DNA from: an uncultured Acidobacteriota bacterium
Lineage (GTDB): Bacteria > Acidobacteriota > Thermoanaerobaculia > UBA5066 > Gp7-AA6
Reading direction: 5' to 3'
DNA length: 64,000 nucleotides
Assembly: GCA_963764715.1 (NCBI GenBank)
Contig: CAVXTP010000015.1
Location: 161,693-225,692, forward strand
Each line of letters begins with the position of its first letter. Position 1 is the first letter of the stretch. The position numbers and the translations under genes are program-made. The notes below the pieces were generated by a model. That model worked only from the letters and a program-made list of their open reading frames with translations. It made no database searches and had not been told where the DNA came from. Positions 19,985-29,938 of the stretch are shown piece by piece.

Positions 19985-21185
19985 ATGCACCTCGACATGA
20001 TGACGCGAAAACCGCGCGCTTTCCCGGGCTTCGCCTCGATCCTGGCGGCCGCGCACCTGGGCCTGGCCTCGGCCGTCGCGGCCGCGGCCGCTCCCCAGAC
20101 GGGGCCGACGCTTTCCGTTCCGCCCGGCTCGCCGCGCTGGGAGCTCGAGGGAAAGGCCCAGCCGGCCGAATACCTGGGCCGCTCGTGTCTCATGCTCGAC
20201 GGCGGCGCCGCGGCCGTGAAGGACTTCGAGATGCGCGACGGCGTCATCGACGTCGACGTCGCCACCCCGGCAAACCGGGGCTTCTTCGGCATCCAGTTTC
20301 GGATCGTCGACGAGGGCGCCAGCGCGGAATGGGTCTATCTGCGGCAGCACAAGTCCGGGCTTCCCGACGCGATTCAATACACGCCGGTCCTCGGCACCGG
20401 CCTCAACTGGCAGATCTACAACGGGCCCGGGTTCACCGCCGCCGTCGACATCCCGAAGGACGCGTGGTTCCACCTGCGCCTCGAGGTCGCCGGCGCGCAG
20501 GCCCGGCTCTTCGTCAAGGACATGGAGAAGCCGGCGCTCGTCATGAACGACCTGAAGAGCGGCGATCCCGAAAGGCCAGGTGGCCCTCGCCGTCCTGACG
20601 GGCGCGACGTACTTCTCGAACTTCGAGGTCCGGACGACGCCCGATGCGCCCTGGGAGCGGCGCCCGCCGCCGATGCCGCCCAACACGCTGACGAAGTGGA
20701 GCATCTCGCCTTCGTACGACGCCCTCGAGCGCAACCTCGAGCGGCCGCTGACGCCGTCCGAGATCGACGCCATCCGCTGGCAGGACGTCGAGGCCGAGCC
20801 GCCCGGCTTCGTCGTCCTCTACCGTGATCGCCAGGCTCCCCATCCGAGGGTCTCGTTCCAGGGCGACTTCTCGAAGCGCCTGGAGCCGCAGCCCGGAATG
20901 AAGGTCCTCTACGCCCGGACCCGCATCGAGTCGGACCGCGACCAGGTCAAGAGGCTCGACATCGGCTACAGCGACGACGTCAGCGTCTTCCTGAACGGGA
21001 AGATCCTCTGGCGCGGCCGCAGCGCCCAGGGCTTCCGCGATCCCGGCTTCCTCGGCATCGTCAATCCCGAGAACGACGCCGTCTACCTGCCGCTGACGAA
21101 GGGCGCCAACGAGCTCGTGCTCGCGCTGAGCGAGCTCGGCGGCGGCTGGGGATTCATCTGCCGCCTGGAGGACCCGGCCCGCTGA
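19985..21185 (+). pseudogene. Secreted DUF1080-like beta-rich protein, frameshift near 20570
   Basis: ORFs 19985..20827 and 20580..21185 join at KSGD/GQVAL. Confidence 0.65.
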
Positions 21186-21189
21186 CGCT

Positions 21190-21711
21190 TCAACCGACGA
21201 CGAGGTACTCGCTCTGCACGAGGCCGCTCGCGTACGTCCCGGTCGCCACGTGCCGGAGCCGGATGTCGCGCCCCGTCACGCCGAAGAGCGGAATGCCCTC
21301 GCCGATCAGCACCGGCACCCGCGTGACGATGAGGCGCTGGATGAGGCCGGCGCGCAGAAACCGCTGGATGGTCTCGCCGCCGTCCACGTAGGCGTGGCGG
21401 ATGCCGCGCGCGTCCAGCCGCGCCGCGATCTCCGCCGGCTCCCCCGACAGGCGCTCCACGACCGCCCCCTGGGGGAACGGAGCGAGTGCGCGGGTCGAGA
21501 GAACGAAGACCGGCTTCGACCCGTAGGGCCACTCCGGCAGGTTCAGAACGACCTCGTACGTGTTTCGTCCGATGACGAGCGCGTCGACCGTGGCCATGAA
21601 CTCGTCGTAGCCGTGGGGCTCGCCGCCGCCTGCCGGCAGGAAGTCGTACCTCCCGTCGCGGCGGGCGAGGAACCCGTCGACGCTCGTTCCGACGAACACG
21701 GACGCTTTCAT
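21190..21711 (-). CDS. DHFR-like protein
   Basis: SVDGFLA...GRNTY...YVDGG...GEGIPLF. Confidence 0.88.
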   Translation of the reverse strand: MKASVFVGTSVDGFLARRDGRYDFLPAGGGEPHGYDEFMATVDALVIGRNTYEVVLNLPEWPYGSKPVFVLSTRALAPFPQGAVVERLSGEPAEIAARLDARGIRHAYVDGGETIQRFLRAGLIQRLIVTRVPVLIGEGIPLFGVTGRDIRLRHVATGTYASGLVQSEYLVVG

Positions 21712-21726
21712 GGCGACGCCTTCCTT

Positions 21727-21999
21727 CTATCCCTTGAGCATCGTCCAGACGCCGATGGCGATGAAACCGGCGCCGGCGACGCGCGCCAGGACCTTCGGGT
21801 TGATCCTCGGACCGATGAGGCCGCCGGCGAAGACGCCGAGGGCCGACGAAACCACGAGCGCGAGCGCCGAGCCGAGGAACACGACCCACTTGCTGTTGCC
21901 CGCCCCGGCGGCGTACAGCAGCGTGCTGAGCTGCGTCTTGTCTCCGAGCTCGGCCACGAACACGGTGGCGAACACCGTCGCCAGGAGCTTGACGTCCAT
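21727..21999 (-). CDS. TMEM165/GDT1 (UPF0016) family protein
   Basis: AELGDKTQL motif. Confidence 0.9.
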   Translation of the reverse strand: MDVKLLATVFATVFVAELGDKTQLSTLLYAAGAGNSKWVVFLGSALALVVSSALGVFAGGLIGPRINPKVLARVAGAGFIAIGVWTMLKG

Positions 22000-22023
22000 C
22001 CGTTCTCCTTCGGCCGGCGGCGT

Positions 22024-22536
22024 TCAACCGCGCGGCAGCCGCGCGCGGAGCCAGCGGATCTGCCCGCGGTGATTGATCTCGTCCTCGGCCACATGAAACC
22101 ACGCCCAGTGCGGGTTGAGCGCGGGTTTCGCCCGGAGCGGAGCTTCGAGCCAGGCGTCGTCGCGCCCGGCCAGCCCGGCGAGGGTCGCCTCGCGGACACG
22201 GGCCAGATCGTCCAGGTACGACTCCGGCTCCCGCCCCCGGAGCTGCCGCCGCCCGTCTTCTCCGAGGTCGAGGGCGGCGAGCCAGGGCGCGATCTCGGCG
22301 TCGGACGGTTCACGCTCCTCGAAGGTGAGGACCTGGTACCAGCGCTCGACCGCGGCCACGTGCGCGAGCAGCGCGCCGATCGAATTGCTCCCGGCGTCGT
22401 GCAGGTGGTCGAGGTCGCCGCGCGAGAGTCCGTCGACCGCCGCGAGCAGCGTCTCCCGCGAGTACGTCAGCATGGCGACGAGGCGTCCGATCGTCGGCGT
22501 GTAGCCGGGCAGCGGCACGATGCGATGGGACGTCAT
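22024..22536 (-). CDS. DinB/DUF664 family protein
   Basis: NSIGALLAH...HVAEDEINHRGQ. Confidence 0.85.
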   Translation of the reverse strand: MTSHRIVPLPGYTPTIGRLVAMLTYSRETLLAAVDGLSRGDLDHLHDAGSNSIGALLAHVAAVERWYQVLTFEEREPSDAEIAPWLAALDLGEDGRRQLRGREPESYLDDLARVREATLAGLAGRDDAWLEAPLRAKPALNPHWAWFHVAEDEINHRGQIRWLRARLPRG

Positions 22537-23219
22537 GCGTCCCTTCGCAGGACGAGGGTGATGCCCTCGCGCAGGAACGGCGGCAGGGCGCGGTACACCA
22601 GGTTCTTGGCGGAGCCGAGGAGCAGGCTCGGCCGCGTGTCGCCCTCCCCGTGGTGCGCGTACCGGGCGTCGAAGTAGAACCGCCGGTGCTCGGCGACCAC
22701 GCGCAAGCCCGACCGCGCCGCGATCCCGCGAAGCTCGCGCAGCGTGTACTCCCGGAAGTGGCCCGGGTTCGAGGGGTCCTCGCGGATCAGCTCGTACGGA
22801 TTCCGGCCGGCCAGCAGCTTCAGCCGTTTGGGAAGCGCGGCGGCGTTCGGCGTCTGAAGAACCATCGCTCCTCGGGGCGCCAGGTGCTCCCTCAGCGCCG
22901 ACAGCACGCGGACCGGCGAAGCGTGCAGGTGCTCGACGACCTCCGCGAAGACGATCAGGTCGTACGTCGGCAGGTCGCGCGGCAGGGACTCCGGGCGATT
23001 GAGGTTGGCCTGGTGATGGTTCCCGCCTCCGTTCAGCGACGCGGGAGACTCGAGCCCGAGCGTGTCGACGGGGCAGGCCAGCGTCTCCCGCAGGAGCTTC
23101 GAGAACGGGGAGGGGCCGATGTCGAGGACCCGCCCGGCGCCGTCCGGAAGCGCCTGCCGGCACAGCCCCAGCAGAAAGCGGAAGCGCGGCGCGTGGTAGG
23201 CGAGGTAGCCCCGGTTCAC
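22533..23219 (-). CDS. Class I SAM-dependent methyltransferase
   Basis: VLDIG, YDLIVFAEVVEH, TPN. Confidence 0.8.
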   Translation of the reverse strand: MNRGYLAYHAPRFRFLLGLCRQALPDGAGRVLDIGPSPFSKLLRETLACPVDTLGLESPASLNGGGNHHQANLNRPESLPRDLPTYDLIVFAEVVEHLHASPVRVLSALREHLAPRGAMVLQTPNAAALPKRLKLLAGRNPYELIREDPSNPGHFREYTLRELRGIAARSGLRVVAEHRRFYFDARYAHHGEGDTRPSLLLGSAKNLVYRALPPFLREGITLVLRRDA

Positions 23220-23947
23220 CGCCGGCTCTCGGCCGCGGCCTTCTCTCCCCTGGCCTGCGCCGCCAGGGCCTTCGCCCGGTCGCTGCTGAACGGGAAATAG
23301 TTCAGGACGTCGTACTCCCAGACGTTCGTCGGGAAGATGACCACGAGCTGCGCGACGTCCTCGTCCAGGTTCTGAAACGAGTGCGGCACCATCGGAGGAA
23401 TGTTCACGACGTAGGGCCCCTGCATCACGAACATCTCGTCGCCGAGCGCGTAGAGCACCTTCTGGCCCTTCACGAGCACGTGGGACTCCTCGCCCGTGTG
23501 GGTGTGCATCGGCGGGGCGCCGCCGGGCGCGGTGTACGTGATCCCGATGGTGAGATTGCGATACCCGTGCCGCTGTCCCTCCATGACGTGGACGTACTCG
23601 CCCGGCCCGGGATGGATGACGTCGAGATCGTCCTTGGAGAGCGCGAAGTCCCGGACGTTCTTCATCGCGGGCGGCGTGAACGGTCCCGGCACTTTCCGCG
23701 TCTCCAGCACCGCGTGCGGATGATGCTGCGCGTGGAGCGCCCGCTTCGCCTGATCCACGTCGAGGATCAGCTCTCCGTGCTCGATCCGTCCGGCTCCGGT
23801 GCCGGACGCCGCGTGGTTCACGACGGGTTCCGGCAGGGAGAGCTTCGGTTTCGTTTTCGCGGAATGCCGGGCTCCGTCCCGGGAACACCCGGGAAGGACG
23901 AGCACCAGTACGAAGGCGCCGACGACTCCTCTCCGTCCGTGTCTCAC
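23216..23947 (-). CDS. Cupin-domain lipoprotein
   Basis: LPGC lipobox; PPMHTH...E...IPPMVPHSF. Confidence 0.75.
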   Translation of the reverse strand: MRHGRRGVVGAFVLVLVLPGCSRDGARHSAKTKPKLSLPEPVVNHAASGTGAGRIEHGELILDVDQAKRALHAQHHPHAVLETRKVPGPFTPPAMKNVRDFALSKDDLDVIHPGPGEYVHVMEGQRHGYRNLTIGITYTAPGGAPPMHTHTGEESHVLVKGQKVLYALGDEMFVMQGPYVVNIPPMVPHSFQNLDEDVAQLVVIFPTNVWEYDVLNYFPFSSDRAKALAAQARGEKAAAESRR

Positions 23948-24019
23948 TCCCCGCCTCCTTGCTCGATCGAAGAGCGAATCCATCCCGGCCGCGGTCCGGC
24001 CGGATCGGCGCATCCCGGA

Positions 24020-24301
24020 CTAGCTTCGGTGATCGCGGAGGATCTGATCGATCTCCTCCATCGTGAAGCAATTGAGCTGGACGATCTTCGTTTGCGCCCG
24101 GAAAGCCGGCGGGACGATCGACCGGGCCTCGTCCTTGCTGTCGACGTCCACGATCATCCACGCCTTGTGCACGCCGTCCTTGCATCCCCAGTCCGCATGG
24201 CTCAGGAAGTGGGAGCCGGTCGTGAGGAACACCTCGACGGCCCGGGCGCAGGCGACCGTGGCGTCTTCGTGCGGAACCTCGATGAGAAATCTTTTCGTCA
24301 C
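24020..24301 (-). CDS. Small hypothetical protein
   Basis: 93 aa; AAGGAG RBS. Confidence 0.7.
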   Translation of the reverse strand: MTKRFLIEVPHEDATVACARAVEVFLTTGSHFLSHADWGCKDGVHKAWMIVDVDSKDEARSIVPPAFRAQTKIVQLNCFTMEEIDQILRDHRS

Positions 24302-24380
24302 GTGCGATCTCCTTCGCCGGAGCGATTCTCGACTCTCCTGATTCTAGTGCCGTCCCGGCCCGCGCCGTTCCCGCGGCGCC

Positions 24381-25325
24381 TCAAGGCTTCTGCGCCGGAT
24401 TCAGCCACTCTGCGGGAATCGGATTGTCCGGCCTCTCCTGGTCCCAGACCGCGCCGGCGATCCACCAGCGCGCGCCGTCCCAGAAGAGCTGAACGTAGTT
24501 CACGTAGCGGGCCTCGACGGGACCTTCGGGCGTGCGGCGCGCCACCGAGACGCTCCGCACCTGGGCCACGTTGCCGAAGCGCTCGACACGCGAGCCGATC
24601 TCCGTCTCGAACAGTCCCTGCGCGACGAACCCCGCGTCGGACTTGCGACGGTATTCCTCCGGCGTCAGGATCGTCGTTTCCACCTTGCCGTTGCGCTCGC
24701 CGGTGACCACGAACGTGGCGCCCGGCATGTAGAGCGTCCGGTCGCGATCCCACTGCCGCGGCGCGCCGGCGGGCCCGCTGATGACCTCGTAGGAGGCGCG
24801 CATGATGTCCTCGATCGTGCCGACGTCGGACGTCCGCGCCGACGGAATCGCAGGGGCGGCCGGCACCGGCGTCGGCCCGAGGAGGACGGACGCCGTGGGA
24901 CTCGGGGCCGCGGCCTTCGTCCCGGCGCCCGACAGGCCCACGTCGAGAGTGTAGTTCGCGGTTTCCTGTCGCCCCGCCGCGCCCCGCATCAGGTAGACGC
25001 GGATCGTGTACTCGCCGCTCGACTTCAGGGCGGTCGAGAACTCGTTGCCCAGCGTCAAGCCGACGAAGATTGCCTTGTCGGATTCCGGGGCGAGGACGTT
25101 AAAGAAGGCCGACGGATTGCGCGGCTTGAACCGCACCGAAATCACCTGCCCGGCCTCGGCGCGAAGCTTGTAGTCGACGATCTCGTCGCCCTTGATCTGG
25201 TCCCTGATCCGGACGCCCGTCTCGCCTTCCGTGAACTGCACCGCCTGCCGCCGGATGTGGTCCTCGGCCCGGGCCGCAGGCGCCAGGAACACCAGGCTCG
25301 ACAGGACCGCGACGATGGCTCTCAT
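24381..25325 (-). CDS. Secreted two-domain protein (PPC-like plus NTF2-like)
   Basis: Signal peptide; YKLRAEAGQ...SGEYTIRVY; Pro/Ala linker; second domain. Confidence 0.7.
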   Translation of the reverse strand: MRAIVAVLSSLVFLAPAARAEDHIRRQAVQFTEGETGVRIRDQIKGDEIVDYKLRAEAGQVISVRFKPRNPSAFFNVLAPESDKAIFVGLTLGNEFSTALKSSGEYTIRVYLMRGAAGRQETANYTLDVGLSGAGTKAAAPSPTASVLLGPTPVPAAPAIPSARTSDVGTIEDIMRASYEVISGPAGAPRQWDRDRTLYMPGATFVVTGERNGKVETTILTPEEYRRKSDAGFVAQGLFETEIGSRVERFGNVAQVRSVSVARRTPEGPVEARYVNYVQLFWDGARWWIAGAVWDQERPDNPIPAEWLNPAQKP

Positions 25326-25327
25326 GT

Positions 25328-25840
25328 TCACCTGTCCTCGCGGCGCGCGGGCCGCGACGACCGCTCCGCCGTTCCGCCGTTGCGCAGCTCCTCGAGCATC
25401 TGGTCTCCCTCGCGCTTGCTCGCCACGCGCAGAGGGATCCCGCCTCCGAACCCGGACTGGATTCGCGGCGCCGCGACCAGGCGGCCCTTCACGAAGATGC
25501 CCAGGTAATCCCCCGCGTGCCGTCCCGACCAGTCCGCCAGGCGGCGGTTGCCCTCCGGCGAGAGCGGCAGCCAGAGCGTCGCCTCGCCCGCGATGCTCGT
25601 TCTCCCGCCCGCGAACGCGACGGCCCCGAGATCGAACGACGTCATGTCGAGCAACTTCGCGGACGACGCGAAGCCGTACCCCGCCCCGGAGTAAGGAAGC
25701 TCGACGCGCATCGTGTGGTCGGCGTCGGGCTCCCGCTGGATGGACCGCACCACGAGATAGTCCGGGTCCCGGACGACGACCCGCGCCGGCTCGACGCCCT
25801 CGTTCCGGCACGCCCAGGCGAGCAGGACCGAGGCCGCCAC
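25328..25840 (-). CDS. Lipoprotein with SecDF P1-head-like domain
   Basis: AWAC lipobox; LGIFVKGRLVAAPRIQ. Confidence 0.55.
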   Translation of the reverse strand: MAASVLLAWACRNEGVEPARVVVRDPDYLVVRSIQREPDADHTMRVELPYSGAGYGFASSAKLLDMTSFDLGAVAFAGGRTSIAGEATLWLPLSPEGNRRLADWSGRHAGDYLGIFVKGRLVAAPRIQSGFGGGIPLRVASKREGDQMLEELRNGGTAERSSRPARREDR

Positions 25841-25895
25841 TCCCGCGGCGCGCCGGGCGCGGGCGGACGACGGCCGGGGCGCCTCGCGACGGCGG

Positions 25896-26264
25896 TCAGG
25901 AAGCAGCCGTCCACTCCCCGACCCGGGCCTCGACCAGCTTCAGCAGCCCGGCCAGATCGGCGCCGGGCTCGAGCGCCACGGCCACGTGGCCCCCCGCGAC
26001 CGGAAACACGCACTGGAAGAAATTGCCGTAGCGGATCACGACGTAGCGGACGCCGCCGCAATCGATGTTGCCGCGCTGGCGCACGAGCGTCAGGACCGCC
26101 GGATTCACGATCAGCTCCTCGTACCGGTCCGACTCGGAGGCGCTCGCGCCGGACAGGCCGGCGCGTTCCTGCTGCCGGAGGACCTCGTCGCGGTACACGG
26201 CCACGTACCGGATGTCGGGGCTCAAGGCCAGAAAGCGGTCGATCAGCTCCTGGTGGCCGAGCAT
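25896..26264 (-). CDS. Hypothetical protein
   Basis: AAGGGAGG RBS; SPDIRYVA...YGNF. Confidence 0.65.
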   Translation of the reverse strand: MLGHQELIDRFLALSPDIRYVAVYRDEVLRQQERAGLSGASASESDRYEELIVNPAVLTLVRQRGNIDCGGVRYVVIRYGNFFQCVFPVAGGHVAVALEPGADLAGLLKLVEARVGEWTAAS

Positions 26265-26334
26265 GGCGCCTCCCTTCGCGTCCTCCGCAAGTCCGGTCCT
26301 TCGCACGCGCGTCAGGCTGCGCGGGCCGGCGCGA

Positions 26335-26673
26335 TCACTTCAGCTCGACGATCAGCACGTGCGTGTCGGTCGTGCCGACGTTCTCGCCGATGTGCGATTG
26401 CGCCTTGCCCCACGCGACCTCGCCCGGGCGAAACTCGCGAACGGCCTCCCGCCCGTCCGACAGGACGAGCCGGCGCCGGAACGCGCTCAACGCGCAGAGC
26501 GCGTAATCGGGATGCCGGTGCGGCGACGTCCGCTGGCCCGGCGAGTCGCGGTACTCGAGAATCCGGACCCGGTCGTTTTCGAGGACGACCCTGTACTTGT
26601 CGCCGTCGGTGACCACGGGATCGCGGCTGGGATCGCGAAGCTGTTCGAGCTCGGCCGGGGTGACGCTGCTCAT
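26335..26673 (-). CDS. Cupin protein, related to 43360..43707
   Basis: VLENDRVRILE...HRHP...ENVG...VELK. Confidence 0.8.
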   Translation of the reverse strand: MSSVTPAELEQLRDPSRDPVVTDGDKYRVVLENDRVRILEYRDSPGQRTSPHRHPDYALCALSAFRRRLVLSDGREAVREFRPGEVAWGKAQSHIGENVGTTDTHVLIVELK

Positions 26674-26745
26674 CGACCCTCCTCGCGCGCGACGGAGGCG
26701 CGCTTCGACATCGCCTTCCACGGGCGCCTCGCCACGGCGAGCCGC

Positions 26746-27504
26746 TCAGATCCCCGTGTACCAGGCCCACCCGTTCTGAATGTTTCCCTTCTTGCCGCCG
26801 TCGTCGAACTCGTCCGTGACGACGATGCGCTTCAGGTACTTCATGCTCTTGTAACCCATCTGCCGCTCCACGCGCAGCCGCACCGGCGCTCCGTGCGGGA
26901 TCGGGAGGTCGCGCCCGTTCATGCCGTAGGCCAGGATCGTCTGCGGGTGCAGGGCATCGGCCATGTCGACGCTGTCGATCCAGTCGTCGTACGAGTGGAA
27001 CACCACGAACCGGGCGGACGGCAGGGCGCCCGCCGCCGCGAGCACCAGGCCGAGCGGCACGCCCGTCCACTGGCCGATGGCGGTCCAGCCCTCCTCGCAC
27101 GTGTGCCGCGTGATCTGCGTCCGCGGCGGGAACTGCTTGAGGTCGGCGAGAGAGAACGCGCGCGGCTTCGCGACGCGGCCCTCGACCGGGAGGCTCCAGT
27201 CGGCGAACGCTCCGCCCTGCGCGCGGCGATAAGCGTCGCCGAGCTCCCCTTTGACCGTCCGGCCCGGATCGGTCGTGCCCGTCGCGGGAAACGACGTGAC
27301 GTCCCGCGGGTCGTACTCTTTCACCAGCGACTGGCCGAGGAGCGCGCGCTGCGCGCCGTAGGTGAACGAGTCGCCCATCCGCAACACGTTTCCGCCGGTG
27401 GGCGGCAGGATCTTCGGGAAGCGGCGCGCGAGCACGATCCCGCCGACGGAAGCCAGCCCCGCGACGATCGCCCCGCGGCGCGTGATGAGCCCCTTGGTCT
27501 TCAT
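26746..27504 (-). CDS. Molybdopterin-dependent oxidoreductase (MsrP/sulfite oxidase family)
   Basis: Tat TRRG; HTCEEGW; HGAPVRL; GYKSMK. Confidence 0.88.
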   Translation of the reverse strand: MKTKGLITRRGAIVAGLASVGGIVLARRFPKILPPTGGNVLRMGDSFTYGAQRALLGQSLVKEYDPRDVTSFPATGTTDPGRTVKGELGDAYRRAQGGAFADWSLPVEGRVAKPRAFSLADLKQFPPRTQITRHTCEEGWTAIGQWTGVPLGLVLAAAGALPSARFVVFHSYDDWIDSVDMADALHPQTILAYGMNGRDLPIPHGAPVRLRVERQMGYKSMKYLKRIVVTDEFDDGGKKGNIQNGWAWYTGI

Positions 27505-27505
27505 G

Positions 27506-28264
27506 TCACTCCCCCGCCGTCATGGCCCGGATCTGGCGCCGGAATCCGGACTTGACGACCATCACGATGTGCACGATCACGAACAGGACGAGCACGGCGG
27601 ACGCGAAGAAATGGATCGTCCGCGCGGACTGATAACCCCCGAAAAGATCCAGGAGAAACGGAAGCGCGGAGGTCACGGCCGGCGACATCGTCAGCCCGGT
27701 CCCGACCATCAGCGGCGCGGCCACGAAGATCACGAACGAGTACGCGCACTTCTGCAGCAGGCCGTACTGCGGACCGCCGTGGGCCGGCGGGATCCGGAAG
27801 CGCAGGTGTTCGAGCATGTCGCGCCAGACGAATCGCGGCGCGAGCTCCCGGGCCCTCGGCCAGACGTGGGAGCGGAAGTGGCCGCGCAGGAGGCCCATGA
27901 GGAGGTAGATGGCGCCGGGCACGACGAGAAACCAGGCGGACAGGAAGTGCAGGCTCCGCGCCCAGCCGTTCTGATTGAAGATGTCGTAGGTCCGGCTGGC
28001 GCTGACCGGGCCCGCCGCATTCGCGAAGAAGGGCGTGGGCTTGTCCCATCCGCCATGCCGGTAGTTCCGGCTGATCGGCAGCTCGACGAGCGCCGGCGTC
28101 AGGTCGTTCCCGGCTTTCCCCCAGTAGAGCCGCGGGTGGACCATCAGGATAAAAAACCCGCTCACGACGAGCGCGAGAACGCTCGCGGTCACGATCCAGT
28201 GCGAGATCCGCACCCAGCGGGCGTGGCCTTCGACCCCGCTGGCGTCGGGCGGTCGCGATTTCAT
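27506..28264 (-). CDS. Cytochrome b/b6 membrane partner
   Basis: RISHW, RSLHF, YGLLQK, RTIHF. Confidence 0.85.
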   Translation of the reverse strand: MKSRPPDASGVEGHARWVRISHWIVTASVLALVVSGFFILMVHPRLYWGKAGNDLTPALVELPISRNYRHGGWDKPTPFFANAAGPVSASRTYDIFNQNGWARSLHFLSAWFLVVPGAIYLLMGLLRGHFRSHVWPRARELAPRFVWRDMLEHLRFRIPPAHGGPQYGLLQKCAYSFVIFVAAPLMVGTGLTMSPAVTSALPFLLDLFGGYQSARTIHFFASAVLVLFVIVHIVMVVKSGFRRQIRAMTAGE

Positions 28265-28375
28265 CCCTGGTTCTCCGGAGCCTCCGCCGCATCCGGACGC
28301 GGTGCGGCATCGGCGCGCTCAGCGTACGATGCCACCGGAACGGCCGTGGCGCAACGCACAGTGCAGACCCCCGGG

Positions 28376-28837
28376 ATGGACATTCGGCCCGCCGAGCTCC
28401 CCCGGGACCTCGAGCTGGTTCGCCGCCTCTTCCGGGAGTACGCCGGCGGCCTCGGCGTCGACCTGGGGTTCCAGGAGTTCGAGGAGGAGCTGGCCGCGTT
28501 GCCCGGCAAGTACGCGGAGCCTGCCGGGAGGCTGCTGATCGCGTGGAGCGGAGACCGGCCGGTCGGCTGCATCGCGCTCCGTCCCCTCGACGCCCGGACC
28601 TGCGAGATGAAGCGACTCTACGTGCGCCCGGAGGCGCGCGGCGGCGGGCTCGGGCGCCTGCTGGCCGAGCGACTGATTCAGGAAGCGCGGGCCGCCGGCT
28701 ACTTGCGCATGTGCCTCGACACGCTGCCCGCCATGGCTTCCGCCCAGTCCCTCTACCGCTCCCTGGGATTCGTTCCCACCGAGCCCTACGTCTTCAATCC
28801 GATCCCCGGCACGAAGTTCCTCGCCCTGGATCTCTGA
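28376..28837 (+). CDS. GNAT acetyltransferase
   Basis: [18 protein letters not shown]. Confidence 0.9.
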   Translation: MDIRPAELPRDLELVRRLFREYAGGLGVDLGFQEFEEELAALPGKYAEPAGRLLIAWSGDRPVGCIALRPLDARTCEMKRLYVRPEARGGGLGRLLAERLIQEARAAGYLRMCLDTLPAMASAQSLYRSLGFVPTEPYVFNPIPGTKFLALDL

Positions 28838-28857
28838 GGAGACGGCGGACGGCAGAA

Positions 28858-28899
28858 CCGCTTACTGCTTACCGCTTACTGCTTACTGCTTACTGCTCA
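28858..28899. repeat. Tandem heptamer repeat (CYGCTTA) x6
   Basis: ccgctta ctgctta ccgctta ctgctta ctgctta ctgctca between convergent genes. Confidence 0.9.
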
Positions 28900-29484
28900 C
28901 GAGGAGCAGTCCGTCTTCAGCACCACGACACCTGGCTCGGCGGAGACGGCCGCCACCTTCCAGTGCCCGCCGTCCAGGCGGAGGGTGACGTGCTCGGCTT
29001 TCCCGCGCAGCTCGCAGTTCCAGGCCAGCCCGTCCCAGCGCCATGCCGTCAGGGTCGCCGACGCGCCGCGGATCCGCGGCACGGAGACTTCGAGGATCGT
29101 CGTCCTGCCCGGGAAGTCGGCCTCGAAGACCCGGGCGCGATACTTCGGCTTCCCTCGATCGATCGGCCCGAGCTTGCCGTCGACGTCCATGGCGACGCGA
29201 AGCTCCGTCCTGAGCGGATTCAGGTCGAGCCGCTGATAGACGTCGCCGGCGTACCGCGCGACGACGACCGAGCGAGGGCTCTCCGCCGTCAGGGCGCCGA
29301 TCGCGGCCGCGAGCACGGACATTTCCGGCTCCTTCACGGGGGCGATCGGCCCCCACGGCCCGAAGTGAGTCGGCGGCTCCTGCGTGGACGCGCAGGCTCC
29401 GGCGAGCAGCGCGAGAGCGAGTCCCGGGCCCGCGAGCCAGAGGCGCCGACGCCGGCGATGAGGTCTTTCCCTCGCCGCGATCAC
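28897..29484 (-). CDS. Lipoprotein homologous to the cassette gene at about 60.0-60.55 kb
   Basis: AGAC lipobox; FGPWG...VVVARYAG...FPGRTTILE. Confidence 0.75.
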   Translation of the reverse strand: MIAARERPHRRRRRLWLAGPGLALALLAGACASTQEPPTHFGPWGPIAPVKEPEMSVLAAAIGALTAESPRSVVVARYAGDVYQRLDLNPLRTELRVAMDVDGKLGPIDRGKPKYRARVFEADFPGRTTILEVSVPRIRGASATLTAWRWDGLAWNCELRGKAEHVTLRLDGGHWKVAAVSAEPGVVVLKTDCSS

Positions 29485-29927
29485 GCCGTTTCTCTGAGGC
29501 GCTCGTAGAGCCTCGACACCGCGGCGTCGATCGCCCGGGCGCACGCCGGATATCCCGACGGCTCGTCCCAGGGATCGTCGATGTCCCACACGATCAGCTT
29601 GCCATCTCCCATGACCGGGAGGGAACCGGCGACGTCGCGATCCATCGCCACGACGAGGTCGAACGCGTCGAGGTCGACCGACGCGACCGACCGGGGGACG
29701 TGCCCGGAGGCGTCGAGGCCAAAGAGACTGCGCAGGGTGTCGATCGCGGCGCGAGCGTCCTCGGCCGGCTGAGGCCGGAGGCCCGCCGACTCGGCTCGGG
29801 CCGAACCGCCGAACCGCCGCCGGGCGAGGGCCTCGGCCATCGCGCTACGGCAGGTGTTGCCGGCGCAGACGAAGAGGATCGAGACCCCGGCACCCGCCGG
29901 GTTGGTCACGCTCGGGGGCTCCTCCAT
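29481..29927 (-). CDS. Low-molecular-weight phosphatase/ArsC family
   Basis: CAGNTCRS, ESAG, DDP. Confidence 0.88.
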   Translation of the reverse strand: MEEPPSVTNPAGAGVSILFVCAGNTCRSAMAEALARRRFGGSARAESAGLRPQPAEDARAAIDTLRSLFGLDASGHVPRSVASVDLDAFDLVVAMDRDVAGSLPVMGDGKLIVWDIDDPWDEPSGYPACARAIDAAVSRLYERLRETA

Positions 29928-29938
29928 GACGCGCGCCC

